Below, piece after piece: positions 1-13,109 of a stretch of 64,000 nt of DNA. Source of the stretch: Phoronis australis (lineage: Eukaryota; Animalia; Phoronida); contig NMRA01000233.1 of NCBI GenBank assembly GCA_002633005.1, positions 561,728-625,727 of the forward strand. Direction: 5' to 3'. The stretch's first letter is position 1; every line of letters begins with the position of its first letter. Under the pieces are notes generated by a model. That model saw nothing but the letters and a program-made list of their open reading frames with translations, was not told the origin of the DNA and made no database searches. Both the position numbers and the translations under genes were made by a program.

Positions 1-747
1 TCTTATGTGCATGTGTATGTAAACTATATGTATCTGACATTTTTAGCATACAATACAATATAATGTGGCATTCAGTTTTGTCCAATTTCTGAGCCAAACT
101 CAGCTTTTAGAAAGTTTATAATGGTCTGTACTGTAATTTACTGTAACTGTTCTGCTGTTGTGGACCAACACTTGGTAAATTTCAAATTGTAAGAAGCTCG
201 AATCGGGCGTTGAAAACAAGCATGTGTGTCCATTATGTTTGAGCAAAATAACTGTCAAGAATACTGTATGTAATTCAGTGGAATGGCTACTACACCACAA
301 TCTCAAATTTTTCTTGAAACGATGGGAAACAAGTTGGCAACCAGTTATCGATCGGTCGGAAAAATAGCCGGCCTGCTAAAAGATATCCAACTAAAATAAC
401 TGAGTTCAGCTGAGTATTTCCTTTAAAAATACCTGTTGTGGTGCCACACCCAATGTAACAGTGAAACATTGATTCAGTGCATGCGCAAGTGGTGGGCATA
501 GACCTAGTAAATCCTAATGATTGTAGTGGGCATAGACCTAAAGACTCCTAAGGGACCGTTGCTTGTCTGGGCAGAGTCAGCTGGATATTTTATAGTCAAT
601 GACCCGTTGCTGGCTCGATGCCAATGGTTTGAACCAAAATGATTGACCTGAGGTTGACCCTGTTGGAATCTTTGACTTTAGATCCACGCTGTGCATTATC
701 TGCCACCTAGATGTTCATTTAATGACTTTCATTCATTGTTTCTTTAG

Positions 748-3700
748 GTATGGAGGCTGTTGCTGAGCATATTAATGAGATGCAGAAGATTTATGAAGAG
801 TATGGGGCAGTGTTTGATGAACTAGTACGGCGTTATCGTCTAGAGCATACCCATCACAAGGTGTGTGTGTGTGCGTGCGTGCGTGCGTGTGTGTGTGTGC
901 GTGTGTGTGCAATAGTTAAGCTACTGAGTGGTGGTTTTCACAGATTACCCAATATTGTGAAAGACATGTTGCCTTTCATCTGAAATAAATGACAGTTATC
1001 TCGACGCCATATTTTACTAGGTGTGGAAAACTGCCTAATTTAATTTTTTGCATGAGTTTTTAAGTTCAGAGGGTGAGTTAGGAGGCCTGGGTCAGATATC
1101 TAGTAGTACGTGAACTCAAGTTCTTGCTTAGTTTGGAAATTTCCATTCTACTTTCTTATATAAATTGAAGATGAGAGTTTTATGATTTTGTGCTTCACAA
1201 TTTACAGACCACAGGCAACCTCGCAAACACAGCCTCCTACATTTCTTGCATTTTCAAAATCAGCTGCACAGGGATCACTTGTATTGTAAGTAGCTAGAAT
1301 GTAACTACAGGGTAGTGCCTGGATGTGTTGAGTCAGTTGGCCGATTTCCCTTCCAGCCTGTGGATCTTAACGTTGGTGATCTCATCATGTACAAGGACGT
1401 GGATTGGGTAAACTCTCCTGACGACCTAGGCAAGATCAAGAAAGGGACGGAGTTGGTCACCACGGTGTTTGTGTTCAAATCCGGCGTGGTGCTTATGTGT
1501 AAAGAGCGCTTCAGCAAGAAGAAAAAATATAAGGTGAGTCAAGGAGAACTAGGGTGGATTCTAGCAAAAATGCACGACCATGCAAAATCATGCGAGAAAA
1601 AGTTGAGTGTTTGCCAGTGTACTCGAGGCCTTGCTGTCTTAACCTAGCAAAATGACAGCCACTGAAGTGATTGGTCGGTGAGGTCGGAATGTTGCATTAT
1701 TGGATTGATGAATTAAGGGATAGAATTCAGTTTCTGTTCCATAACGAGATTTCTCGTCGCAAGTGGATAGCTAATGCCTTGAGTTTACAAATTTTAATGA
1801 CTTACTGAAATTTTATTCATTTTGTAGTCAAATGTTTGGGTGTGCCTTTTGTAAATCAAAACATTGTAGCGTATAGGCTAGATGGTACTGTTACTGACTA
1901 CATGATGTAGAATGTGCTAACTATATGGGAAGTCTGTCCTTATTCTTGACGGAACTGGTTAACCGGAAAACTTTTAATTCCCCCATGAAGAATCTGATGA
2001 AAGATTCTTGTGAAGTTTTCTTCGCGTTTTTTGCTACGACCCAACTTTGTGGTCAGGACACGAGACACCATAAAACATACCTTATCCTCTACACTCTTTA
2101 ATGTGGACAGTTCTGATATTTTGTAAGGAGAATTTGTTCTCTTGCAACATGTAAACTACTGCTTCTTATTGAATTAACGAAAAAGTTTTCATATTACATG
2201 GTCTGACTGGCTTCAAATATAACTGATTTTGAGACCCCAAATAGGTAGTGTGACAGCTGAATTGGTACAAAGGGTTTGATAGTGTGGAATCAAAATAATA
2301 CTTTATTGGTCCATTGAGGGTACACATTAAATAATTTTTGTTCTCTCATTATAAGGATAAACTTTAACATTAAAATTACAAAACTTAGATTTTAATTCAT
2401 TCTGAACACTGTGTTTGTAAACTATGTATTTTCTTGCATCAGGGTGGTTCAGTGCGTGGCTCCATGATGGAGTGTCCAGACGTCATGCGATACCAGGTGT
2501 TAATCTCCGTCTCTGAGGTACAGGTTCGCAGCACGGCCACGCGCGACATGACACAGAATACACTCTGGGAGCTGGTCCACCTACGTTCCGAGCAGCTGGG
2601 ACGACCAGAGAAATTATACCAGATGGCCAGCAGGTAAGGAATTGTTCACAATAATCCAATGTTTCATGAGTTTGTAAAGTGTGAATTCTTTATAGAAAGA
2701 GATCATTTTTAGTTACTTTATGAGGCCGAGTTTAAAGATTAATAAAAATATTTCCAACTGATTTTTTTTTCTTCAACTCCAAGAAACTTTGTGCTAAAGA
2801 TGCTTTCTTTTCAGTTTGTTTTCACCGATTTAGAATGTGGAATAAGTTCATCAGTTGAGTTATGATTCAATATAATAATAATAGTAACGTTTTGTAAATT
2901 AGAATCAAATTTGTATTTGTACTCTATAACATCATTTTTCTTAAGCGCAGAAAATTTGAAGTTCAAAAGCGTTCAGCGGCACATCTGTTCTGGCACTTTA
3001 TTTGAAAGTGATCACTTGGTGCACCCATAAACCCAACTTCCTTCAAAAATTTTGAAGATCTGTTTTAGATAATGAGCGTTATAAACTGCTCTCAGTTTTC
3101 TCTTTGCTCAGATCAGAAGTCATTTCTTGGCTTTGGGAAAAATGTCAGTTTGTTATTTCTCGTGTCTAGGTTCGGTAAGTTAGCATTTCAATTTATGCTC
3201 CGAGGTGGTCTCGAGCGGTATCAATTTGTCAGTTCCTTTCGAGTCCAGAAACCAGGCATGCATTCAGTAGACGCAAGGACCTGGGCTAGGACCTAGCTAA
3301 AATCTGGTCAAAATCACGTATTCTCAGTTAAAATACACAGCAATATCTCACCTAATCTCATGAAGTCTTGCTTTTTAGTGCGATCCTAACGTTACTGAAT
3401 GGGAGGCAGTTCTCATCTAAAAAAGGAACTAGTTGAAACCTGTTCTCATTTGAATAAGGAACTAATTGAAACCAGTTACATATCCGACTTAGTGGTTTAT
3501 TCTAAAATTTGCTGTTTACACAGGTGGGTTTTTAGCAGCTCTAAACATTTGTGCATTTTGAAAAAAATTGTCATATTACCAAATTAATAAGCTCTTTCAA
3601 TAAGTTTTTGAGAAAAGGGAAAAGTTAAGCATTAAAGTTTATGTAAGTTACTGAGCATTCCTGCCTTATTGGAATGGCACATTTTAACAAAGGCTTCACC

Positions 3701-4346
3701 TAATATTGGTTTCACTTGCAGTACATATGATGACAAGAGTGATTTTATCCGCAACATCCGTCAGATCATCCGGGATAGTGTGCGTGGGATGGTCATTCCG
3801 AGACAGATTAACCGCAGCTTGCAATATAACCACCAGCGAACAACAAGTCAGCACGGACACCCGCCCACCTCGGCGTATCCGCGCGAAGTACGACACTCCA
3901 TGGACCTCGACGATAATATCAATGTGGCCAGCATGAGCGAGGCAGATTTCCGTGGTCGCAGCAAGACCTACAGCGATTTGATGAGCGCCGACCCTGGTGA
4001 ACTCGGCACGATGTCGGCTCAGTCACAGCTCAGTATCATGAGCACGGGCTCAGCAAAGCTGGTCCAGTCGAGCAACGACCCGTTTAGATATTCGGAGAAT
4101 TCGGTCAACGTCAACTCGAGCATTGAGGGGCTCGGTTCGCCGATATGGAAGAGGAAGAATCAGGATGGGCCCCGCCCACCATCAATGTATGACGAGCCAG
4201 GGGACATGTATGATGACCCAGGGGACATTTATGACTCGCCAAGTCGTGTTATGGAGTACATATACGGGAATAGTAGTAAGCTGACGGGAGATGGGCTGTT
4301 GTTGACTCCACCAAATGCATATAGTGAGCACGACACGGAATGTTAA
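748..4346 (+). CDS. TIAM1: TIAM1/still life-like Rac guanine nucleotide exchange factor, 3' part (end of DH domain, PH domain, C-terminal tail); join(748..860,1357..1533,2443..2633,3722..4346); 5' exons lie before the window
   Basis: Four in-frame GT-AG exons give [25 protein letters not shown] / [19 protein letters not shown]...[14 protein letters not shown] / ...[23 protein letters not shown] / [19 protein letters not shown]...HDTEC*. This matches the Tiam1 DH-PHc signature as I recall it ([22 protein letters not shown]; AFVFKTAVVLVYK; EIVHVKSESEGRPERVF). Confidence 0.93.
861..910. repeat. (GT)n/(GTGC)n compound microsatellite
   Basis: gtgtgtgtgtgtgcgtgcgtgcgtgcgtgtgtgt... starting at the splice donor. 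Confidence 0.9.
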
Positions 4347-5324
4347 TTGAAAGGAGGCGAAGTTTGTAATACTTAGGAATTATAGGTCAGCAGGAAGTTT
4401 TGAGATGAGTGACAGGTGATGTTAATGTGGTGGGTTTATTTAATTTGTTCTATATGAGAGTTGGCTACTTAATTGATATTGGTTCAGATTTGGCAGGGGT
4501 GCAGCAGCATCTGTTCAGATAATGTTAATGTTGCGCAATGTGTACTGCGAATTTAAGATGATGTAATTTTTAAAACCTACGGGTTTTGGACCAGTGACGA
4601 TGCGTGGTATTTTGAGATTCCTGGCATGGCTTTATCATTACAAATTTGGCTACATCTAACAGATGGATCCGTCAACACAACTTAGTGGATTTCCTATTGT
4701 ATTTGCTGAGATTATTTTATCGTCTTTTTCTGGTACATTTTTTAATTAGAATTTTAGTGCCAAGGAGGAAGGGATGGTTTGTTGTAATTTTTACTGCATT
4801 TACAACTTAGTAAAATACGTTCACTGTATTGCAATCAAAGTAAATTTTGCCAACCATGAGCTACTCATTCGCCAAATGACATTTCTGCCAAATTCATGAT
4901 TTTAGTACATTATTGCTGTTGAAAGTTCCACTCACTAGAAAGCGTATTTGTTGGATGGTTATTACTAATCGCATTGAATGGGTCGTTCACTGAATCGGTG
5001 AGCATCGAAATATTTCAACATTCAACAAATTTGTTAGCCATTAAGTGAGATATTTTATCATTGTCATCTAGAAGCCATGAAAAATCTGTTTCATCATATC
5101 AAGTTGTTTTCTCATTCATGTGTAAGTTGTACATACAACTCTACCATGTCTCATTCTTTTCATTTAATGTACATTTTTAATTATTAGCAATGTTACGAAG
5201 GTCGGGAACCTTTGCTTTTTAGCCTAAAAACTTTACTTCACTGTAATTCTTTGAAATTGTTCTTGTACATAGCGTTTGTATATTGTGCACAATGCTGTGA
5301 TAGGCTAGCTTTTTTGAATTGTAT

Positions 5325-5330
5325 AATAAA
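5325..5330 (+). terminator. Candidate polyadenylation signal of the TIAM gene
   Basis: AATAAA ~1 kb after the stop, after several TGTA motifs and followed by GT/T-rich sequence; position is inferred. Confidence 0.45.
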
Positions 5331-6891
5331 AGATTTTGATAAAATAGGTTGTTTTAGAGCAATGTGAAAAAGTCCGTAACTTAAAGTAAACTTTTAATTA
5401 TGACATCAGACAATTGCAAGATATCGAAAGTATTTACAGATGAAGCAATTACTAATTAACATTTGGTAAATTCAGTATTGTGTCTATCCAGTAACTTGGT
5501 TCGAACTTAATATTTGACTGTTTTGTCATCAGTCTCAGTTCTGAACACTTGACTGGTGACTTCTGGGGTCTGTGTCATAAAAACTCATTTACTTGAAAAC
5601 TTTGGATTAAAAATTTGTCTAAGTTAAAACTGAAATTCGGCCCAAGTTAAGACCAAAGACGAAATTTCAAAAAAGACCATTTCGTGAAAACAAAGTAGAA
5701 TTTTAGTCTCCAGCTTTAACTTAGGACAGAAGTCAATGAGCTGTGTTAATACAAACTATGCTTTCACTGTCTGTTGCGAATTCACAAAACCAAGCGAGGT
5801 GATGTGTGACATATGGTTACAAGAATAATCATTTACTTGAAACACTAAATGGGGATTTACATTTTCGATACAATTTGGATCTGGTTTGCTTGAGAAGACC
5901 CTGTTATGGCTAGAAAACATTTCACATGTGCAGGTGAGTTGTACTGCATTGTATCTATGGTCTTTGTCAATTCTAAAATTGAAAACGGACATTGTTTAAG
6001 GACTGTGAAAAAGGATCATTGTGAAAAATATTAACAAAATTTGTTCTTCAACAGTTAAGTGATGGTAGTAAATTTTGGTCATCTAGACCAAAAGTACAAT
6101 CTTAAGCTTACTCCATGGTTTTAGCTAAAACTGATTCGCTCTTTGAAACTATGTACAATACTGGGTTCCATTTCAATGATGAAAATATTGGAACTGGAAA
6201 AACGTACCTTGATGTTGTATGTGTACAGCCGTTTTGTTTATATCTCACGGACTTGGTTCATCACCAGGTGTGCCCTTTTTCATAGGATAAAACAATAAAG
6301 GGGTTATTCCTCAACATCGGGGGGGGGGGAATCCCATAACAGGTCTAGCAATGGCTGTTGGTCTTGAGCCTCATATTGTGGCGTCTCCAACAATAGACCA
6401 GCAATGATCGGCACCAATCAGAAAATCAATTTTAATCAATGACTCAGCAGGGGATTAATATTGGGCAAACACCGTAAATAGTCAACACAATTGACAGCAG
6501 TTGGCACAAAATTCTTCACAGGTGTGGAAGTTGTTGGTACAATGACAGCAGACAATTTCCGTCTTAAGTCTGTTCTGTTTCATGAAAAGTGACTCATAAG
6601 TAGCTTTTTATGAGGATGCGGGAAGACATCTTTTTCATCCAAACACACTTCATCACAACAGGGTTTTCTTGCATGAAACAATTAAACATCCCTCCTTGTG
6701 TGGTAATTTGTCGACACACAGAACACAGAATTCTAGGCATGACCGGTGCTTTTAACGTCCATCCACACTCAAATTCATTTAGCCAAATGAAATCTTTAAT
6801 ATTATCTCTTGACCAGTTCTTCTAAATGACGTGTTAATTCATCGGAAAGTGGACTTTCCAGTGCCCGATTAAGAACTGTCGAAGACCGCTG

Positions 6892-9800
6892 TCACCTTGG
6901 ATCATAGTTTTGCAGTGGGACTAGCCGTGACATACCAAACCGTTCTCGGCACAAGGGACACTCATTCTGAAACAAGTTAAGACGTCTTTAATCTTATTTA
7001 AGACTTAACACACATGTCAAGCTTATCTCTCGTCTTTTAAACAAAATGACATTCTCGCAATGTAAACCTAATTACGTAACAGGCAATTAAAGATTACTAG
7101 ACAGTAAATTTTGATATCGTAGAGACGGGCTATGATTCTTCAGTTACCTTGGAACTTATCCACTCTGTGATGCATTTCCAACAAAACACATGGCCACAAG
7201 GGGTCACTGTAGACTGGCGCCTTGATTCAAGACATAATGGACATCTCTGCGAAGGAGGTACATAATCGTCAATTCTGGAAGAAAAAACAATTCAGAATTG
7301 GAGAAACTATCTAATAGTAATTCACATGATATCTGCCACACAGTATAGCAGATAAGTCGAATTTTGAAAAAAAAATTAATTAAGATTTAGAAACTGCTGC
7401 TGTATCTTTTTGGGCAAATGTCCAATATTTTTAATCATTGAAAATCAGCAGTTTTGGCAATTATTACAATGGCCACCTTGCTAGGCTCTACAACAATTAA
7501 TGAATGATACACACAGTTACAGGGGAGTAGCAACAAGATGGCCACTGCTTTTTTCTCCTGATGATGGTGTTTAATATACGACGAAGTATGTCAAACAGGC
7601 TTAAATTTGTCGTTTTTATTAACATATGGACAGGGAAACGGAAGTTCAAATGGAAAAGGCACAATGCAATGATGTGGGTAAGTTTCACAAAGGTGTTGGA
7701 TTTGGCTAAAAACAATATGAATCCGTTTCGACTCGTCACTGCGTCGAGTTTCAATTTTGTTGTGACGAGTTTGTCTTACTTGCGTCAAGTTTAAAAACCC
7801 ATGAAATGAATTTGAAGCATAGGGAGATTAAACATTTCTTAGGTAAATTAGGACATTTTGGACTTTTGGAACCAGTTCAATGCATTTAATCCAAGACTTA
7901 ACACCCAAACTTTCCAAAGTATGGACAAGGACTTTCGAACACACAGATGAATTTTCGTAATTTCAGTCGACTTTGACTTTTCTGGTGTGCAGAACACTGC
8001 AACAGGGAAGCTGAAACAATTCCGTGCACACTTCCATTGTAATCAGTCAAAACACGACCAGAAGCATTTTCTGTCTCTCACCATGTTGATTCCAATTTCA
8101 CATTGCAAAACAATTAAAATTACCAAAAAATTTTTCAAATATGGGTCTATGGGTGTCCCTGTTATCAGAAATTACCGAGTAACTCGTCTTTTTTCACCCA
8201 CTCTTTAAGCATACCTTTGACTTTCCTCGATACAATCTCCCTCTACGGACAGGGGACTTCTGCTATGTTTCCAATATTGCTGAACCAGTGACCCCGTTAG
8301 TTGAATTAGGCTTAGATATCCCAACCAACGGAAACTTGGTGCTTTGTTGCGACCCTCGAGACCAGAACGGACCAGCAACTGCAACAAAAGTGCCTGCATA
8401 TTTCCATGGGTAACACCAACTAGTCCTAACTCCAGAGAACTGTTCAGCTAATACAGTATCCAGTGTGGAGCAGGATAAGTTGATGTGCTGAACACCACCA
8501 TTTACCTGACTTTGACAACAAATGACTACATTGCCAGCATCACTAAACCTTGCTTTGTAGTACTGCATATTACAATCGTGAATTTAAATTTCAAAAACGA
8601 GAAAATAGGAGAAAAGCGATTTCAACTGAAAGTTTTTTAGCTCCACAGACATGAGTGTGACATATGAACGTACCCCGCGCCAGTGTGTCATGTCTACCGA
8701 CACGCGAGTTTCTTGTACAAACTTGTGTCATATCTGCGCTTCTCTAGTGTCCAAAGGAAAATGGAAAAGCTACAGTGTGGTCAAATACTTATCATCACAA
8801 TCACCACAAACGCCATCCCTCGCCATTCCTTCTTACACCACGGGAAAACGAGCAGCAATATCTGACGACTTTTCCCACTAAACACAATGGAGGATGACTC
8901 AAGCTGTGATTGGTTGTCCTAAATATACAGAGCACGTTTCGACCAATAAATGCTCCTGATGCAAAATCAGCTAATTAACATGTCATCATATAGTGTTTGC
9001 AGGTGTTATAATTTGGTAGCTGATCGAATGGTGGGGTTGTTTTTTTGAGAGGGGGGAGGGGTTGACATGAAATTGGTCATTTCAAGCACTTTAAACGAAA
9101 GAACTTTTGTTGTCTGTACTCCCAGCACTTACGTAATGAATTCCCGTGAAACGTTTGGCTAGGTGGTAAAACACTCCCTGGATGTAGAACAGAGCCATAT
9201 GACATCGGTGAACGACCGTAGTGGCGTAGCGGACAACTGAAATACACTTCAGCAGCACTTCCTTTTGCTTAGCATCCATTTGCGAGTCTCTCGTCAATAT
9301 AAACTCCCAGTGTGAGAGAATCTTCTTGATGATGTAAGGCACGCTGACATGACACAGGACAAGGATGATTCGCCGCTGAAATATTTAGGGATTGTGAAAT
9401 TTAGTAATCTGTAAAAAGATTTGACTTCTGTTTAGGTAAGATGAAAGATAATTACCAACTCTGATACAATTTTTCACACAGACATTGAACAGTTACTAAA
9501 AGTTGAAGTTCATCACTGTTAAGCTGTCAATGTTGAATTGTTAACACTTTAAAGCATCACCAATCTCAACAGATCTTGAATTGTTGCCAAATGAGCCAGA
9601 AACTCAAGTGACAGGCAATGCATGCATGTGCTATTTTAGGATTCACGATTTAAGGGTTGGCCAACCTCCAACAAAATGTTTTCTTGCATCACGGATAGTT
9701 TCAATGTTTTTGGTTTACAGAAATAAGGTCTTTAAATCCAGTGATATAGGTTGCCAGTGTTCGACATACGTGTGATATTTCAGTGCTCAAATATTTCATT

Positions 9801-12800
9801 TTGTAGACCTCCATAAGTCTAGTAGTAAAGAGACTGAACAAATGATGACATCTACAAATGACAATTTGAGAAATACTTACTAACTGACCCGGTATATCCC
9901 TTCTGGAGACATCAACTTGTACAATGTTTACATACTCTTCTCCAAGAGTCTGAAAACCTGAAATTTGCGAGGCATAGATTTAAATGTGTTTGCCAAGCAT
10001 TAAAATTTACATCACTCTTCATAGTTGTCTACAGGAGTAGATGAAATGTGACAGTGCATATAAATTCTGTGGCCTTTTGTGCCAAGTTAGATCAGGGTAG
10101 CATTCTGTGGACCAATTTTCTTGTGAGAAAAGCAAGGTGTTGTAAGACATCACAAATTCATGCGAAAATTAAGTGTTTTGCGGGTATGCTTGGAAGCGTA
10201 CTCCAGCCTATCCTAGGAAAATGGTGACCACTGAAGTGATTGGTTGGCAAGGTTAAAACAAATGTGACCCGATTCATAAATTATGAGATAGAATTGATTG
10301 TGTAGGAATTACAACACATGTGCCAGGTATCTGCGGAATGCAGCATTGCTGAGGCCACAAAACCATGTTCATTACTACATTGGGCTACAAAACCACGTTC
10401 ATTACACTAATCACTTGATGACTTGTCACAATCTTCCATCGCTGAGCTTTTCACATCGTGTTCATTATTAACATCAAACCTCTGTTAAACCCGACTGAAC
10501 AAGAGCAGACAGCGAACTCTTCCCAAGAATTCAACAATATTCTGGCCTGGCAAAAATTGGTATATATTAGAAGCAAATACCACTTTTAAGTAGACATTAG
10601 GCAAAAAAGTATGATTGGCCCTGGTCTGTACTCTATTCATTTTGAGACCTGTGCTCATCAATTAAAAGATAAAAATGCCCGCCAAGGTGTCGTGTTTCTG
10701 TTTGGAAAGCTGCACAAAGGCAAGCATGGCTTAAAACACCAAGGAATTAATAAACAAAATCTTGTATAGCCTCGTCTCGGGTGGATTTTGTTTTTTGGAA
10801 AAGTGAGCTACTAAAAAACCACCCAACATTTTGTATGTTTTCATTAACAATTTTTCATAACAATCCAATCTTCTTGAAACTTTTTACACAACTTGGACAA
10901 GTTATTAAATTTTCACTGCTTTTTCATAAAAGATAAGCAGCACCTAATACATGCTTTATCATAAAATTTTATTAGTTATACTATACCTAAGCCTACCAGA
11001 AAACTTGTGAACATTCACACTGAAAAAAGTCAATCTAAGCTATTTTTGCAAAATGGAGGAGATTTTATGGCACTTTGATAAAAAATCAGATTGCTGTGAT
11101 TTCATATCTTACTGACCAAGGCTTTTGGTAAAATCGATAGAAAAGCCAAACCATATACAATCCTCTGCAGAATGTGCTGCAGCACTGAAGGCAATTGACA
11201 TACCTGACACAGTAGTTAACAAGAAGTATCCAAGGTCTGCCAAGAAGTCAAGATCATGCCGCCATTTGATCCAAATGCCAGGACCTGAAAAATAAAAAAG
11301 CATGTTACTGACTTTCAACAAACCCTCAGTCGTAATTGTTCTAATCTTCCTATGTCCAGTTGATAAGAATGTGGAGCCAGTGTTCTGACTCATGCTCTCC
11401 CATTATGTTGATAAATGCCTACCAATGGCACATATCCTAGTCAGCAACAGTTTTACTAAGAATGCTTCTTTATGGTTGAAGTTGCCATACACACTTATCG
11501 CAGCGCTTGGACTTTCAAGACCAGTTTGTTTGCGGATAAAGGAACAGAGAAGTTTGTCCATGGTAACTGCTGACTGTTTGCGACAACCTTCTTTCCCGAC
11601 CATTTTAGGCATTGATGATCCTTAGTTGATATGTCCCAACCTCTTGTGTAACCTGCCTGGGCAACACAAGGGGGCGCCCTGACTCCAGTACACCACCACT
11701 TATCACACTGATCATAATACACCCAAAGAATGCAACAAAATTTGAATGAGGGAACAGGTCAAGTAAATTTCAAATTTCTTGTGAGCTTTCAGAGCCAATA
11801 CTTGGGTAGTGATGGTCAGTTCACAAAAGCAGTTTACCTCCAGCTATTCATGACTCACGGCATGATAGGGGGAGCCAGTGGTTTTGCTTTGTCCCACTGA
11901 TAGAACTACACTATTAGTATATAAAGCAACTATGAACAATGTTCTGCAGTCAAAAACAACTTTCTTCACCTACAGGCATGTTTGTTCTTTCAAAGCAATG
12001 GCATCATGTTTTTATCCAGTGTTTGAATTAAAATTGCTGACAATAAAAACTCAGGGCACGAGGTTTAATCTTCAAAATCGAAATCAAACTCAAAATTAAG
12101 CTTTCTTTTTTATCACCCTGCTTCAATACTAACTCAAGATAACTGTCTATTATTCTGTGCTCAGTTTACGCAAGTGAGTTTTTAGTCAAAGTTAACACTT
12201 GATGACTTCTCAATTTAACCCAAAAGCTCGAGTAAAAACTCATTATTTTGAGTAAAAACTTAAAATTTTGAGTGTGGCCTCAAACTTATAGATTTAATTA
12301 TGGGTCATCAAGTACAAACTAGGGTTAACGAGTCACGCAGATAAACTACACCATACTCGAGCACAGAATAAGACATTTATCTCGAGTAGAACTTTGAGTC
12401 CAAATTTGAGTCCAAAAATTAGACTCCGGATGCTGAAATTCCCCTGACAGCTTTGCACATTCAGTACCAGAAATTTACCACCCATGATAAGCAACACTAC
12501 TGAACTGATAATAACCTGCAGTTCTGAAGACAAGAATCATTTTTAACCTGAGCAAAGAACAAGACGAGACCGACTTCGTAACCGTAAGAGGCTTAAGTAA
12601 AAAGTTCGATTTTAACAGGTTTCAACTATGGATGGCAGTGGTATCTAACTGCAGGCTACTTTAGATACCAATAGTCCATTCTTAACCCTTTCAGTGCTCT
12701 TTAGTCCACCATCTGGACTCACAGGCCAATTATCTTCAACTACTCATAGACTTACTAAAATCATTCATCAAGCAGAGATGCATCTATTTATTTTAAAACA

Positions 12801-13109
12801 TTAAATAGTCAGTGTTTCATATTGCCGTGAAGCCATAGCTAACGTGGTAGTTACTCTGGTTCATACAGCACGACCAATTCCATCAGAGTCCCTGATAAAC
12901 AGACCTCTTGACGACATCAGGAATTGTACCAATTTACTGACTAAGTACGAGGTTTTGTGAAATAGGCCAAGATTCTAATGCACATGTGTTATCTTACCAA
13001 ACAAACTTTGAACACAATCTGCAACATGTCTCCTTAAATAAGACAAGTAATAATGATCTTTTTGACTTGAACGGATAATTTCCGGTGTGCCAGCATCGGT
13101 GAACTTCAT
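6892..13109 (-). CDS. PEX10: Peroxisome biogenesis factor 10 (RING E3 ligase), 292 aa; complement(join(6892..6966,7148..7274,8215..8378,9133..9375,9881..9957,11204..11284,12998..13109))
   Basis: Seven phase-compatible GT-AG exons (112+81+77+243+164+127+75 = 879 nt). Translation: [21 protein letters not shown]...; [28 protein letters not shown]; [15 protein letters not shown]; [26 protein letters not shown]; C-terminal [52 protein letters not shown] and the C3HC4 RING are PEX10 hallmarks. Confidence 0.96.

Noticed and set aside
11392-11722. Overlapping 70-100-aa ORFs in PEX10 intron 1, repeated at 14571-14957
   Set aside because: Apparent conservation comes from the duplication; I recognise no domain
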